DNA from: Spirochaetia bacterium
GTDB lineage: Bacteria; Spirochaetota; Spirochaetia; SZUA-6; Bin103
Direction: 5' to 3'
DNA length: 64,000 nt
Assembly (NCBI GenBank): GCA_965198005.1
Contig: CBDAOI010000002.1
Location: forward strand, 64,001 to 128,000
Part shown: piece by piece, positions 18,506 through 29,510 of the stretch
Numbering within the stretch: the first letter of the stretch is position 1
How the letters are laid out: the number at the start of each line of letters is the position of its first letter
Notes under the pieces: model-generated
Databases searched by the model: none
The model's input: the letters and a program-made list of their open reading frames with translations, nothing else
Told to the model about the DNA's origin: nothing
Made by a program: the position numbers and the translations under genes

Positions 18506-19675
18506 ATGAAGACAACGGAGCAACGCCTGTTCACTCCCGGCGACGGCGCCACGCCGCCGGCCCTCACCGGACGCGAGCGGGAGGAGGCGGTGCTGACGCG
18601 GTGCCTGGGGGACCTGCTCGGCGGCAGGGCTCCGCCGCACAACGTCGCCCTGACGGGGCCGCGCGGCACCGGCAAGACGGTGCTGCTCAATTGGTTCAAG
18701 CGCGCCTGCCGCGAGCGCGAGCCGGAAGTGGACGTGGTGAACCTGACCCCGGCCGACATCCCGACCCGCGACGCGCTGATCGAGGTCCTGACGCCGCCGC
18801 CCGGGATCGCGAAGCTGCTGCCCCGGAAATTCGGCGTGGCCGCGGTGGGCTCGGTCGAGTGGGCGCCGCCGTCGGGGGGTGTGGGAAACCTGCGAGCGGA
18901 ATTGACCGCCCGGTGCCGCAAGAGACCGCTTGCGGTCCTGCTCGACGAAGCACACACGCTGGACCCGGAGGTGGGCAGAACGCTGCTCAACGCCAGTCAA
19001 CAGGTGCGCGACGAGGCGCCGTTTCTGCTGGTGTTGGCCGGCACGCCGGGCCTGCCGGCGCATCTCGGCGCCATGAATGCGTCCTTCTGGAGTCGGCTGG
19101 GCGAGGGCCGCCTGGGCATCGGCCTGCTGAGCGCCGCGGCTACCCGAGCCGCCCTGGTGGAGCCGCTCGCCGCCCACGGCGTGCGCATCGACGCCGACGC
19201 CCTCGATGCGGCCGTCGAAGACAGCCAGCGGTATCCGTATTTCGTCCAACTCTGGGGCGAGGCCCTGTGGAAGCGGCGTCTGGTCACCGGCGCGACCCGA
19301 CTGACCGCCGCCCACGCGGCGGCAGCGCAGCCCGACGTGGCCGCCCTGGTCACCGATTACTACGAGGATCGGTATCTCGAGTTGGACCAATCCGGCTGGC
19401 TGGCCGTTGCCGAGCGCGTGGCCGACCGCTTTCAATCCATGCCGACGCTGACCTACGAGCAGTTGAAGGTCGTGGTCGCCTCAGGCCTCGGCGCGCACGC
19501 GGACCCGGGGCAGGTGCAGACGGCCCTGACCGCCCTACAGCGCCTGGGTTTCGCCTGGCGCCCGCCCGGACAGCTTGCGCCGGTTCGCTACGAGCCCGGA
19601 ATTCCCTCGCTGATGGCCTACGTACTCGACCACGCCGCACCGACGCATGGAGAAGCACTTCCCGAGACCCGATAG
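18506..19675 (+). CDS. AAA family ATP-binding protein
   Basis: FTPGDGATPPALTGRE, Walker A GPRGTGKT, Walker B LLDEAH, YPYFVQLWG. Confidence 0.85.
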   Translation: MKTTEQRLFTPGDGATPPALTGREREEAVLTRCLGDLLGGRAPPHNVALTGPRGTGKTVLLNWFKRACREREPEVDVVNLTPADIPTRDALIEVLTPPPGIAKLLPRKFGVAAVGSVEWAPPSGGVGNLRAELTARCRKRPLAVLLDEAHTLDPEVGRTLLNASQQVRDEAPFLLVLAGTPGLPAHLGAMNASFWSRLGEGRLGIGLLSAAATRAALVEPLAAHGVRIDADALDAAVEDSQRYPYFVQLWGEALWKRRLVTGATRLTAAHAAAAQPDVAALVTDYYEDRYLELDQSGWLAVAERVADRFQSMPTLTYEQLKVVVASGLGAHADPGQVQTALTALQRLGFAWRPPGQLAPVRYEPGIPSLMAYVLDHAAPTHGEALPETR

Positions 19676-19676
19676 C

Positions 19677-21071
19677 TCAGAGGATAAAGCGGGTGAGGTC
19701 GCGGTCCTGGATGATGGCGTTGAGGCGCTCGTCGACGTAGTCGGGGGTGATGATGACGGTCTGCCCCTTGAGGTCGCAGGCGTTGAACGAAAGATCTTCC
19801 AGCAACAGCTCCATGATGGTGTGCAGCCGCCGCGCGCCGATGTTCTCGCTGCTGCGGTTGACCTCGGAGGCCAGCTCGGACAGCCGTTCGATCGCATCGT
19901 CGGTGAATTCCAGCGTCACCTCTTCGGTGGCGAGCAGCGCGGTGTACTGCGTGATCAGGGCGTTGCGCGGCTGGGTGAGGATGCGCTTGAAGTCCTCCTT
20001 GTCCAGCGCGGCGAGCTCGACGCGAATCGGGAACCGGCCCTGCAGCTCGGGTATGAGATCGGCCGGCTTGCTCATGTGGAATGCGCCGGCAGCGATGAAC
20101 AGGACGTGGGAGGTGTCGACCATCCCCCACTTGGTGTTGACCGTGCTGCCCTCGACAATCGGCAGAATGTCGCGCTGCACGCCCTCGCGCGAGACGTCCG
20201 CCCCCATGCGACCATCCTTGGAGGCGACCTTGTCGATCTCGTCCAGAAACACGATCCCCATCTGCTCGACCCGATCGATCGCCAGCTCCGACACCCGGTC
20301 CATGTCCACCAGCCGGTCGATCTCCTCGGCCATCAGGACCTCGCGCGCGCGCCGCACCGGCACTTTCTTCTTCTTCTTGCGGCCGCCGAACAGGTTCTCC
20401 AGCCCGCCCAGGTTCACGTCCATCTCCTCGACGCTCTGGCCGGAGAAGATCTCGATCGAGGGCATGCCGATGCGGCGGGCGACGCTCACCTCGACCAGCT
20501 TCTCCTCCAGCTCGCCGGCGCGCAGCCGCTGCCGGAACTTTTCCGCGGTCTCGTTGCGCGGCGGCGCGGCCGGCTCCTGGCGCGGTGGCTGGAAGCCGGG
20601 GCCCCGCTGCGGGCCGGCCGGGGCGCTCACCGGCGGCTTGTTCAGCCCCGGCAGCAGCAACTCCAGAAGCTGCTCCTCGACCCGGGCCTGCGCCTCCTCC
20701 CTGACCCCCTCCTGCAGCTCGGCCTTGACCATGGTCACTGCCACCGACGTGAGGTCGCGGATCATCGACTCGACGTCACGCCCGACGTAACCGACCTCGG
20801 TGTACTTGGTGGCCTCGACCTTCACGAACGGCGCCCGGCACAGCTTGGCCAGGCGGCGCGCGATCTCGGTCTTGCCCACCCCGGTGGGGCCGATCAGGAT
20901 GATGTTCTTGGGCGTAACCTCGTCGGCCAGCTCGGGGTCCAGCCGTTGCCGCCGCAGGCGGTTGCGCAGCGCAATGGCCACGGCCTTCTTGGCCGGTTCC
21001 TGGCCGATGATGTAGCGGTCCAGCTCGAGTACGATCTCGGCCGGTGTGAGTTGATCCAGATCCACGCTCAT
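19677..21071 (-). CDS. hslU: ATP-dependent protease ATPase subunit HslU
   Basis: [48 protein letters not shown]. Confidence 0.98.
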   Translation of the reverse strand: MSVDLDQLTPAEIVLELDRYIIGQEPAKKAVAIALRNRLRRQRLDPELADEVTPKNIILIGPTGVGKTEIARRLAKLCRAPFVKVEATKYTEVGYVGRDVESMIRDLTSVAVTMVKAELQEGVREEAQARVEEQLLELLLPGLNKPPVSAPAGPQRGPGFQPPRQEPAAPPRNETAEKFRQRLRAGELEEKLVEVSVARRIGMPSIEIFSGQSVEEMDVNLGGLENLFGGRKKKKKVPVRRAREVLMAEEIDRLVDMDRVSELAIDRVEQMGIVFLDEIDKVASKDGRMGADVSREGVQRDILPIVEGSTVNTKWGMVDTSHVLFIAAGAFHMSKPADLIPELQGRFPIRVELAALDKEDFKRILTQPRNALITQYTALLATEEVTLEFTDDAIERLSELASEVNRSSENIGARRLHTIMELLLEDLSFNACDLKGQTVIITPDYVDERLNAIIQDRDLTRFIL

Positions 21072-21619
21072 GTCAGTTCCTCGACGGTGATTTCGGTGTT
21101 GGTGTAGACGCAGATGTCGGCCGCGATCTGCAGCGCGCGTACCGCGACCTCACGCGCGCTCAGCGCGGCGTCGCCGCCGGCCGCCGGCCGATCGAGATAG
21201 GCGCGGGCGGCGGCCAGCGCGTAGTTGCCGCCGGACCCGATCGCGATCACCCCGTGATCGGGCTCCAGCACGTCGCCGTTGCCGGAGATGAGCAGGGTCT
21301 GCGCCCGGTCGGCCGCCAGCAGCAGTGCCTCGAGCCGGCGCAGCAGCCGGTCGGAGCGCCAGTCGCGGGCCAACTCCACGCTGGCGCGGGTCAGGTCGCC
21401 GCTGAATTCCTTGACCTTGGCCTCGAACCGGTCGAACAGGGTGAAGGCGTCGGCGGTGCCGCCGGCGAACCCCACCAGGATGGTGCCGTCGGCCACGGTC
21501 CGGATCTTGCGCGCGCTGCCCTTGACGATGGTGGCGTCCAGGGTCACCTGGCCGTCCCCGGCCATCGCCACCTGGCCGCCGCAGCGCACCGCGACGATGG
21601 TGGTACCGTGCATCGTCAT
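21068..21619 (-). CDS. hslV: ATP-dependent protease subunit HslV
   Basis: [44 protein letters not shown]. Confidence 0.97.
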   Translation of the reverse strand: MTMHGTTIVAVRCGGQVAMAGDGQVTLDATIVKGSARKIRTVADGTILVGFAGGTADAFTLFDRFEAKVKEFSGDLTRASVELARDWRSDRLLRRLEALLLAADRAQTLLISGNGDVLEPDHGVIAIGSGGNYALAAARAYLDRPAAGGDAALSAREVAVRALQIAADICVYTNTEITVEELT

Positions 21620-22578
21620 CCTCCTTTGCTCCGCGTGGTTCGGGCCCGCGGGTGGGCGTCGCGGTGCACCTGCCGCAGGCGGGCGAGGCTGGTATGAGTA
21701 TACACCTGGGTGGTGGAGATGCTGGCATGGCCGAGCAGCTCCTGCACCACGCGCACGTTGGCGCCGGCGTCGAGCAGGTGGGTCGCGAACGAGTGCCGCA
21801 GGCTGTGCGGGGAGACGCGCTTGTCGATGCCGGCCGCGGCCGCGGCCGCGGCCACGATTTGGCGCGCGCTGCGCTGGTGCAGGCGGCCGCCGCGGCGGTT
21901 GTGGAACAGCGCGTAGGCGGCGATGCGCTCCGGTTGGACGGCGCCGGCGCTCCACTGCTGCAGCTGCGCGGCCCGCTGCGGCAGGTACGTCTCCAGCAGC
22001 CGGGCGCAACCGGCGCCGAAGAACACCACCCGCTCCTTCCTGCCCTTGCCCATGACGCGGGCGACGCCGCCGCCAGGGTCCACGTCGCCCACGTCCAGCG
22101 CCACCGCCTCGGCCACCCGGCAGCCGCTGCCGTACAGCAGCTCCAGCAGCACCCGGTCGCGCAGCCCCCAGAAGTCGTCACCAGCCTCGGCACCGGTGTC
22201 CTGCCCCGCCAGCAGCCGCTCCGCTTCGCGCGCGAACAGGAACGTCGGCAGCCGCTTGCCGGTGCGCAGCCCGCGCTGCGCCTGCGCCGGGTTGCCGCCG
22301 CCGGCGCCCTCGATCTCGTTCAGGAACCGGTAGTATCCGCGCACCGCCGACAGGGTGCGGTTGACCGTGGCGGCGCCCTGGCCGGCGCGGGTCAGCGCTC
22401 CCACGAACGAGCGCAGGTGGACGGCGGTGGCCTCCGGCGCCGCCACGCCGGCCCGGGCGAGGTGGTCCAGGTACGCTCCCACGTCGCGCCGGTAGGCGCG
22501 CACGGTCTCGGGCGAGTAGCCGCGCACCGCGCCCAGGTACCGCACGTAACGCTCGGCGGGCGCACCTTCCGGCGCCAT
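21616..22578 (-). CDS. xerC: Tyrosine recombinase XerC
   Basis: [50 protein letters not shown]; directly upstream of hslV. Confidence 0.88.
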   Translation of the reverse strand: MAPEGAPAERYVRYLGAVRGYSPETVRAYRRDVGAYLDHLARAGVAAPEATAVHLRSFVGALTRAGQGAATVNRTLSAVRGYYRFLNEIEGAGGGNPAQAQRGLRTGKRLPTFLFAREAERLLAGQDTGAEAGDDFWGLRDRVLLELLYGSGCRVAEAVALDVGDVDPGGGVARVMGKGRKERVVFFGAGCARLLETYLPQRAAQLQQWSAGAVQPERIAAYALFHNRRGGRLHQRSARQIVAAAAAAAGIDKRVSPHSLRHSFATHLLDAGANVRVVQELLGHASISTTQVYTHTSLARLRQVHRDAHPRARTTRSKGG

Positions 22579-22733
22579 CAGCACCCTCCCCCGACGGCGC
22601 CCGCCCGGTTGCCGGCGGCCCCGCACTCCAGGTTGATGCGGACCCGCTCCAGGTCGCCGTTCGCGCCGGCGCCGGCGCGCGGGCTGCGCTCCACCAGAAA
22701 CCAGCCGCAGGCCGGGCAATCGTTCTTCCCCAT
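22578..22733 (-). pseudogene. topA: Remnant C-terminal zinc ribbon of DNA topoisomerase I (51-aa mini-ORF)
   Basis: MGKNDCPACGWFLVERS..RINLEC between dprA and xerC, where topA normally lies; TGATG overlap with xerC. Confidence 0.65.
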
Positions 22734-22757
22734 ACTTATCTGATCGGATTCCTTGCT

Positions 22758-23843
22758 CTACATCCGGTCTTCAATCGACCAATCATTCACCACGATCTGC
22801 CGCTCCCGCTCGAGGGCGAAGCGCCCAGCCAGCCACGCCCCCGCGGCGCGCTGATGCCGCGGCACCTCGCACCGGACCGGCGCCGCGGCCGGCGGCGGCG
22901 CCCCCGGAGCCGTCAGCCCGACCTCCGCCAGCAACGCGCCGGCGCCGTCCACCGGCGGCGCCCCCGCCGCGGCCAGGGCGGCGCAGCCCGCGGCGCGGGA
23001 GCTGCCCAGCACGTCCGCCGAGACCAGCACCTCGCGTCCCTCGTCGGCGGCGCAGGCGGCGGTGATCAGCGCTCCGGAGCGGGCCGGCGCCTCGACCACC
23101 AGCACCGCGCGACTGAAACCGGCGATGATGCGATTCCGCAGCGGGAAGTGATGGGGGTAGGCTGCGGCACCGGGCGGGAACTCGCTGACCAGGCAACCCC
23201 GGCGCACCACTTCGCGCGCCACCTCGCGACTGCTGTACGGGTAGATGCGATCGATGCCGCACCCGAGCACGGCCACCGTCGCGCACCGTTCCCCCCGCCA
23301 CCCGGCGAGGCTGCCGCGATGGGCTGCCAAGTCGATCCCACGCGCCAGACCCGAAACCGTGGGAATCCCACACCGGGCAAGCTCGAACCCGAACCCGCAG
23401 GCCGTGTTGCGGCCATGCCCGGTGGGCTGCCGCGTACCCACCACCGCCACCAGCGGCCAAGCCGGCGGCGGCAGTTCACCGCGATAGAACAGCACCTGCG
23501 GAGGATCATGGAGCTCCCGCAGCGCGCGCGGAAACCCCGATTCCCACAGAAAGGTGCATTTCAGCCTCCCGGCGGTCAAGTGATTTTGGTCCCGCGCGGC
23601 CCGGGCCAAGTACTCCGCGGGCGGCCGGTGGCGGTGGCGCCGGGTGCCCACGCGCCGGCCCAGCACCGCCGCCAGCCGCTCCAGCGACATCCGTTCGAGC
23701 TCCGCCAGCCGGCACCGGCGCGCTACCCGGCAGCGCTCCGCCGGCCGCAGAAACGACATGCGCGCCAAGCCCATGGCCAGGAGGCGGCGCGCCGGCAGGT
23801 CGGCTTCCGCCCACTCCATTGCCCACTCCATTGCCCACTCCAT
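22758..23843 (-). CDS. dprA: DNA-processing protein DprA/Smf
   Basis: DPPQVLFYRG, AVVGTRQPT, VSGLARGID, FPLRNRIIAG, VEAPARSGALITA; start codon uncertain. Confidence 0.92.
   Translation of the reverse strand: MEWAMEWAMEWAEADLPARRLLAMGLARMSFLRPAERCRVARRCRLAELERMSLERLAAVLGRRVGTRRHRHRPPAEYLARAARDQNHLTAGRLKCTFLWESGFPRALRELHDPPQVLFYRGELPPPAWPLVAVVGTRQPTGHGRNTACGFGFELARCGIPTVSGLARGIDLAAHRGSLAGWRGERCATVAVLGCGIDRIYPYSSREVAREVVRRGCLVSEFPPGAAAYPHHFPLRNRIIAGFSRAVLVVEAPARSGALITAACAADEGREVLVSADVLGSSRAAGCAALAAAGAPPVDGAGALLAEVGLTAPGAPPPAAAPVRCEVPRHQRAAGAWLAGRFALERERQIVVNDWSIEDRM
23809..23843 (-). repeat. 12-bp tandem repeat x3 at the dprA start (MEWA-MEWA-MEWA)
   Basis: gcccactccatt repeated on the + strand. 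Confidence 0.9.
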
Positions 23844-23877
23844 CACCCTGAACAACGGCGGCGGAACCGGCGGCGCT

Positions 23878-24912
23878 TCAACCGCGCGGGTGATAGCGGC
23901 GGTGCTGCCGTTTGAGATCGTCGCGCTGGACGTGGGTATAGATCTGGGTGGTGGTGATGTCGGCGTGGCCGAGCAGCTCCTGCACCGAGCGCAGGTCGGC
24001 GCCGCCGGCCAGCAGGTGGGTGGCGAACGAATGGCGCAAGGTATGGATCTTGGCCTCCACCCCGGCCCCGGCGCAGATCTCATGGAACCGTTTCCACATG
24101 CCCTTGCGGGACAGCCGGCCGCCCCGCTGGTTGAGGAACACCGCGTCGGTGGCGGCCGCGGCGCGCGCGCGGGCGCGGCCGGCGGCGCCGGTCGCGGGAG
24201 CTGCGGTCGCAGCGGCGGCGGTGCCGGTGGCGGTGGCGGCCCGCCGGCCGGACCGCACCAGCCGGGGGCGCGCCTCGGTCAGGTAGCGGCGCAGCCAGGC
24301 GATCGCCGGTTCGCCCAGCGGGACGATCCGCTCGCGCGACCCCTTGCCGTGCAGGCGCACGCACGCTTGCTCCAGGTAGAGCCACGCCAGGTCCAGGCTG
24401 ACCGCCTCGCTCACCCGCAGGCCGCTGGAGTAGATCAGCTCGAACAGGGCGCGGTCGCGCAGCCCCAGCGGGGTGCTCAGGTCGACCGCGGCGAAGAACC
24501 GCTCGAGCTCGTGCACTGCGAGCACGCGCGGGATGCGGCGCGGTGCCCGCGGCGGCCGCACCGCGGCGGCCGGGTTGGCGGCGTGCCCGTTGGCGGGGCC
24601 GGCGCCGTGCGCGCCCGCGGGGAGCGCCTGCGGCGCGGGCGGTTCGGCCTGCAGGAACCGGAACCAGGCGCGCAGGGCGCTGATCGCCTTGGCCAGGGTG
24701 CGGCTGTCGGCGCCGCCGGACTGGCGGTACAGCAGGTACTCCACCACCGCCGGAGGTTGCGCCGCCCGCTCCGGCTCGGCGGCGCAGAACCCCACGAACC
24801 GCAGCGCCTCGCCCGCGTAGGTGTCGATGGTCAGCTCCGCCAGCCCCTCGACCGCGCGCAGGTAATCGGCAAACCGCGTAACCTGGTCGACCCCGGTGCC
24901 GGCGCCATCCAC
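23878..24912 (-). CDS. xerD: Tyrosine recombinase XerD
   Basis: [54 protein letters not shown], ends YHPRG. Confidence 0.88.
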   Translation of the reverse strand: MDGAGTGVDQVTRFADYLRAVEGLAELTIDTYAGEALRFVGFCAAEPERAAQPPAVVEYLLYRQSGGADSRTLAKAISALRAWFRFLQAEPPAPQALPAGAHGAGPANGHAANPAAAVRPPRAPRRIPRVLAVHELERFFAAVDLSTPLGLRDRALFELIYSSGLRVSEAVSLDLAWLYLEQACVRLHGKGSRERIVPLGEPAIAWLRRYLTEARPRLVRSGRRAATATGTAAAATAAPATGAAGRARARAAAATDAVFLNQRGGRLSRKGMWKRFHEICAGAGVEAKIHTLRHSFATHLLAGGADLRSVQELLGHADITTTQIYTHVQRDDLKRQHRRYHPRG

Positions 24913-24928
24913 GGTGGCCGGTTCCGCG

Positions 24929-26086
24929 TCAGCCTCCGGAACGGCGCTTCTCGCGCAGCACCGTGGGCACGCTCAGGTCGTCGAGCCCGCCGGCGCCGAC
25001 CGCGCTCTCCACCGGCTCGGGCAGCGCGTCGCCCAGCTTGCCGATTCCCTTGTTGAGCTTCACCCATTCCTCGTAGGAGATGATGTCGGGGTCGGACGCG
25101 GCCTGCTCCGCATCGGGCACCGGCTCCCGGTTGAACCCGGTGGCCACCACCGTGACCCGCACCTCGTCCGACAGCGCGGCGCTGGTGGTGGTGCCGGCGA
25201 TGATCAGCGCGTCCTCGGAGGCGCTGGCGGTGATGATCTTCAGCACCTCTTCGTATTCGGTGAGGCACAAGTCGTCGCCGCCGGTGACGTTGACCAGAAT
25301 CCCCTGCGCGCCCTCGATGCGGGCGTCTTCCAGCAGCGGGTTGTTGATCGCGTTGGTCGCGGCGTCGACCGCGCGGTTGTCGCCGGTGCCGGAGCCGATG
25401 CCCATCAGCGCGTCGCCCTGCCCCTGCATGATGGTGCGCACGTCGGCGAAGTCGATGTTGATGTCGCCGGGCTCGGTGATCAGGTCCGAGATCCCCTGCA
25501 CGCCCTGGCGAAGCACGTCGTCGGCGAGCACGAACGCCTCCTTGATCGGCGTACGCCGCTCGACGATCTTGAGCAGATGCTGATTGGGAATGACGATCAG
25601 CGTATCCACCTCCTGGCGCAGCTTCTCGATCCCCTCCTCGGCCAGGCGGCGCTTGCGGCGGCCCTCGAAGTCGAACGGCTTGGTGACCACCGCCACCGTC
25701 AGAATGTCCAGCTCGCGCGCCACGTGCGCGATCACCGGACCCGCCCCGGTACCGGTTCCGCCGCCGAATCCGGCCGTGATGAACACCATGTCCGCGCCGT
25801 TGAGCACGTTCTCCAACGAGCCCTGGTCTTCCAGGGCGGCTTTCTCACCCACCTCCGGAACCCCGCCGGCGCCGAGGCCGGCGGTCAGCTTGTTGCCGAT
25901 CGGCAGCCGGGTATCGGCATCGCACAGCTCCAGCGCCTGTTGGTCCGTGTTCACCGCGATGAACTGGACGTGCTTGAGACCGGACTCGATCATCCGGTTG
26001 ACCGCGTTGTTACCACCGCCACCCACCCCGATCACCTTGATGTCGGTGAGGTGGGCGCGCCGGTCCTCGTGAATTTCAAACGTCAT
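24929..26086 (-). CDS. ftsZ: Cell division protein FtsZ
   Basis: [30 protein letters not shown]-terminal [10 protein letters not shown]. Confidence 0.99.
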   Translation of the reverse strand: MTFEIHEDRRAHLTDIKVIGVGGGGNNAVNRMIESGLKHVQFIAVNTDQQALELCDADTRLPIGNKLTAGLGAGGVPEVGEKAALEDQGSLENVLNGADMVFITAGFGGGTGTGAGPVIAHVARELDILTVAVVTKPFDFEGRRKRRLAEEGIEKLRQEVDTLIVIPNQHLLKIVERRTPIKEAFVLADDVLRQGVQGISDLITEPGDINIDFADVRTIMQGQGDALMGIGSGTGDNRAVDAATNAINNPLLEDARIEGAQGILVNVTGGDDLCLTEYEEVLKIITASASEDALIIAGTTTSAALSDEVRVTVVATGFNREPVPDAEQAASDPDIISYEEWVKLNKGIGKLGDALPEPVESAVGAGGLDDLSVPTVLREKRRSGG

Positions 26087-26114
26087 GTGTTCCCCTCCAA
26101 ATCAATAGACGTTG

Positions 26115-27362
26115 CTAAAAGAACTCTCCAAACCACTTGCGCATGCGGGCCCACACGCTGGTGAACCCCGCTTCGCTGGTATTCATGTCAAATTGTTCGA
26201 CCCCGAGCCGGGTCGCGCCGTACTGCACCAGCCCCACCGCGGTAGCGAAGATCGGGCTGTGGTACTCCTCGACCAGACCGCCGAGCCGCATCGGATAGCC
26301 GACCCGGGCCGGCAGCGAGAAGATGTCGCTGGCCAGCTCGGCGGTGCCCGGCAGCAGCGCCCCGCCGCCAGTAAGCACCAGCCCCCCGGCCAGCCGCGAC
26401 AGGTAGCCGGCGCGTTCGATCTGGGTCTTCACGCTGCTGAGCATCTCGGACATGCGCGGCTGAATGATGTCGGTGAGCTGGCGGCGGGTGACGATGTGCG
26501 GCGGGCGCCCGCCGATGCCGGGGATGCTGGTCTCCAAGTCGGGCTCGTCGAGCGCCGGCACGTAGCAGCAGCCGGCATCGCGCTTGACCTGCTCGGCCGC
26601 CTCGTTGGGGGTGCGCAGCATGATCGAAAGATCGTTGGTCACGTGGTCGCCGCCGACCGCCAGCACCTCCGTGTGATGCGGCACGCCTTCCAGATGGACC
26701 AGCACGTCGGTGGTGCCTCCGCCCAGGTCCACCAGCAGCACGCCCAGCTCCTTCTCGTCGTCGGCCAGCACCGCGCGCGAAGACGCGATCGGCTCCAGCA
26801 CGATGTCATTGGCCTTGAACCCGGCGCGATTGACGCACCGAATGATGTTCTGCGCCGACGAGACCGCCCCGGTGACGATGTGCACTTCGGCCTCCAAGCG
26901 GACGCCGATCATGCCCTGAGGGCTGCGGATGCCGCCCTGGTCGTCGACGACGTATTCCTGCGGGATCACGTGCAGGACCTCCCGATCCATCGGAATGACG
27001 ATGGCCCGGGCGGCGTCGATGACGCGATCGATGTCGTCCTTGCCGATCTCGCGGTTCTTGCCGGTGACCGCGACCACGCCGCGCGAATTCACGCTCTCGA
27101 TGTGGCCGCCGGCGATGCCGGCGTAGACCCCCTGCACCTGGCGGCCCGACATCATCTCCGCCTCTTCCATCGCCGTGGTGATCGACTGCACGGTGGCGTC
27201 GATGTTGATCACCACGCCGCGCCGCAGCCCGCGCGAGGGGGTGAGGCCGACCCCGGTAATCTCCAGCTTGCCGTGCTCGCCAACCTGGCCAATGACGACA
27301 CACACCTTGGTGGTGCCGATATCCAGTCCTACGATCAGATCGTCGTTGCTCATGCTCGTCAT
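26115..27362 (-). CDS. ftsA: Cell division protein FtsA
   Basis: IVGLDIGTTKV, VDLGGGTTD, VLTGGGA, C-terminal amphipathic helix KWFGEFF. Confidence 0.98.
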   Translation of the reverse strand: MTSMSNDDLIVGLDIGTTKVCVVIGQVGEHGKLEITGVGLTPSRGLRRGVVINIDATVQSITTAMEEAEMMSGRQVQGVYAGIAGGHIESVNSRGVVAVTGKNREIGKDDIDRVIDAARAIVIPMDREVLHVIPQEYVVDDQGGIRSPQGMIGVRLEAEVHIVTGAVSSAQNIIRCVNRAGFKANDIVLEPIASSRAVLADDEKELGVLLVDLGGGTTDVLVHLEGVPHHTEVLAVGGDHVTNDLSIMLRTPNEAAEQVKRDAGCCYVPALDEPDLETSIPGIGGRPPHIVTRRQLTDIIQPRMSEMLSSVKTQIERAGYLSRLAGGLVLTGGGALLPGTAELASDIFSLPARVGYPMRLGGLVEEYHSPIFATAVGLVQYGATRLGVEQFDMNTSEAGFTSVWARMRKWFGEFF

Positions 27363-28333
27363 GTCCCGTTGGCCGGCTCCGAGCCGGTCACTGCGACCGG
27401 AGGTCCGGCCCGCAGATCGAGTTCGCGCAACCGTGGCAACTCCTGACTCGCCGCGCGCGTGCGCCACAGTTCCAGCAGCACGAAGGCCTCGGCCAAGTCG
27501 TGCGGTACCAGCCGCGGCCCCAGGCGCAGCGGCGTGGTGTAGCCGATCGGGTACAGCAGGACGTCGAACCCCGCGCCCACGGCCAGGGCTTCCGCCAGCC
27601 CGCCGCCGGACTCCGGATTGGTGCCGGAGGCGCCGGTGGGGACCACTTCCAGTTCCGAAATCAGATCGGACAGCGCCGGCCGGGTGGCGCGCAGGTGGTC
27701 GAGATCCTGCAGCAGCAGCGCGACCCCCGCCGGCAGATAGTCGCCCAGCCGCACCAGCTCCGCCGGCAGGCCCGTGACCAGGGGCAGATCGAAGCCCGGG
27801 TCGGCCGGCGGCAGCCCGTCGCGGAACACGAACCCGCTCTCGTCCACCACGGCCGGCACCAGCTCGCCGGTCTCGGCCGCGGTGAGCACCACGGCGAGCG
27901 GTTCGCGCGCGCTCACCGTCAGGTACAGAGTGTCGGGAAACCGCAGCTCCACCACCGCCTCGCGGATCAGCGGGTGCTCCTGCAGGCGGGCGCCGATGGT
28001 GTCCGTGTCGAGCGAGAAGAACAGCTCGTTGCCGGTCAGGTCGGCCATCGCCAGCACCTCGGAATCGCTGACCGGCAGGTCGCTGACCACCTGGATCGTG
28101 GAGATCCGCAGGCGCGGCGCCAGCACCAGATAGAACACCAGCTCCAGGGCCAGCACCGCCAGCAGCGCGGCGATGACGAAGTGCAGAACGCGGCGCAGGC
28201 GGTTCCTGCGGCTGGACTGCGCGCTGCGCAAAGTGCTCGCGGCGGCGGCCGCGCCGACGCTGCCCGTGCCTCTGGCCGGGCCGCGGCCGGCGGCGGGGCG
28301 TTCAGCCAGATAGGGAGCTACCGCGTTAGCCAT
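27359..28333 (-). CDS. ftsQ: Cell division protein FtsQ/DivIB
   Basis: Single TM segment, POTRA-like HPLIREAVVELRFPDTL, C-terminal ELDLR; position between ftsW and ftsA. Confidence 0.85.
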   Translation of the reverse strand: MANAVAPYLAERPAAGRGPARGTGSVGAAAAASTLRSAQSSRRNRLRRVLHFVIAALLAVLALELVFYLVLAPRLRISTIQVVSDLPVSDSEVLAMADLTGNELFFSLDTDTIGARLQEHPLIREAVVELRFPDTLYLTVSAREPLAVVLTAAETGELVPAVVDESGFVFRDGLPPADPGFDLPLVTGLPAELVRLGDYLPAGVALLLQDLDHLRATRPALSDLISELEVVPTGASGTNPESGGGLAEALAVGAGFDVLLYPIGYTTPLRLGPRLVPHDLAEAFVLLELWRTRAASQELPRLRELDLRAGPPVAVTGSEPANGT

Positions 28334-29510
28334 GGCCGCTCCGCACCGGCGCCAGGACGGGTGCCGCGGCGGACCGCGCCGCCTGCCGCGACAGACCGAT
28401 CAGCAGTCCGCACATGGTAAAGGTGGTCAACAGCGAGGAGCCGCCGGACGAGAAGAACGGCAGCGGCAACCCGGTGGCCGGCACCAGACTGGATACCACC
28501 GCCACGTTGAGCAGTGCCTGCGAGACGATGCTGGTGGTCAGCCCGAACGCGAGGTAGCGGCCGAACCGGTCGGGATGGTCGCGGGCGATCAGGTAGCCGC
28601 GCCAGGCGATGATCCCGAACAGGCCGAGGATCAGGACCACGCCCACCAGCCCGAGTTCCTCTCCGGCGATGGCGAAGATGAAGTCGGTATGCGCCTCCGG
28701 CAGGGTGCCCAGCTTCATTTCGCCGCGGCCGATGCCGGCGCCCCAGGTGCCGCCGCGCGCCAGTGCGTCGCGCGCCTGCAGCACCTGGTAGCCGCTGCCG
28801 GCGGGGTCCGCGTACGGTTCGAGAAACGCGATCAGGCGCAGCACGCGGTGCTCCTTCGACAGCAGCAGCAGCAGCACCAAGGGGGCGCCTACCACCGCCA
28901 TGCCGGCGAACAGCCCCAGCCGCACGCCGGCAATCCAGAACATCGCCATCGCCACGAACACCAGAAAAATCGGAGTGGAAAAATCGTTCTGGAGATACAC
29001 CAGACCCGCGAACAGCAGCACGATCAGCAACGGCGGCAGCGTGGCGCGCAGACTCTGGGAGTAGCTGAGCTCGGGCAGGTTCCCCTTGCGGTCCAGGATG
29101 TGCGCCAGATAGAGCACCAGCGCCAGCTTGGCCAGCTCCGACGGCTCGAACGACAGTCCCGCGACCGAGAGCCAACGCTGCGCACCCATCGCGCGCACGC
29201 CGATTCCCGGCACGAAGGTGAGCATGATCGCCGGCAGGCTCACGGCGAGCAGCACCGGCATCGCCTGGCGCAGGCGCGGCAACTTGATCAGAGACGCGAT
29301 CACCGCGGCCCCGCTGCCGAGCGCCAGCCACATGACGTGGCGGCGAAAGAAATACAGCGAGTCGCCGAACAGCCGCTCGCCGGAGAAGTAGGACGCCGAC
29401 AGGAGCAACGCCAGGCCGCTGCCGGCAAGGATGAACAGCGTCGACACCAGCACGGTGTCGCTCGTGGCCTGGCCGGCCGGCCGCGGCGGGCGCGCGTCGG
29501 ACACCGTCAC
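28326..29510 (-). CDS. ftsW: Peptidoglycan glycosyltransferase FtsW
   Basis: GAQRW, FEPSELAK, LPEAHTDFIFA, PATGLPLPFFSSGGSS. Confidence 0.96.
   Translation of the reverse strand: MTVSDARPPRPAGQATSDTVLVSTLFILAGSGLALLLSASYFSGERLFGDSLYFFRRHVMWLALGSGAAVIASLIKLPRLRQAMPVLLAVSLPAIMLTFVPGIGVRAMGAQRWLSVAGLSFEPSELAKLALVLYLAHILDRKGNLPELSYSQSLRATLPPLLIVLLFAGLVYLQNDFSTPIFLVFVAMAMFWIAGVRLGLFAGMAVVGAPLVLLLLLSKEHRVLRLIAFLEPYADPAGSGYQVLQARDALARGGTWGAGIGRGEMKLGTLPEAHTDFIFAIAGEELGLVGVVLILGLFGIIAWRGYLIARDHPDRFGRYLAFGLTTSIVSQALLNVAVVSSLVPATGLPLPFFSSGGSSLLTTFTMCGLLIGLSRQAARSAAAPVLAPVRSGHG

Noticed and set aside
21616-24912. Two tyrosine recombinases as prophage or ICE integrases
   Set aside because: Their motifs and position in the ftsZ-dprA-hslVU operon fit chromosomal XerC/XerD; no att sites or phage genes are seen
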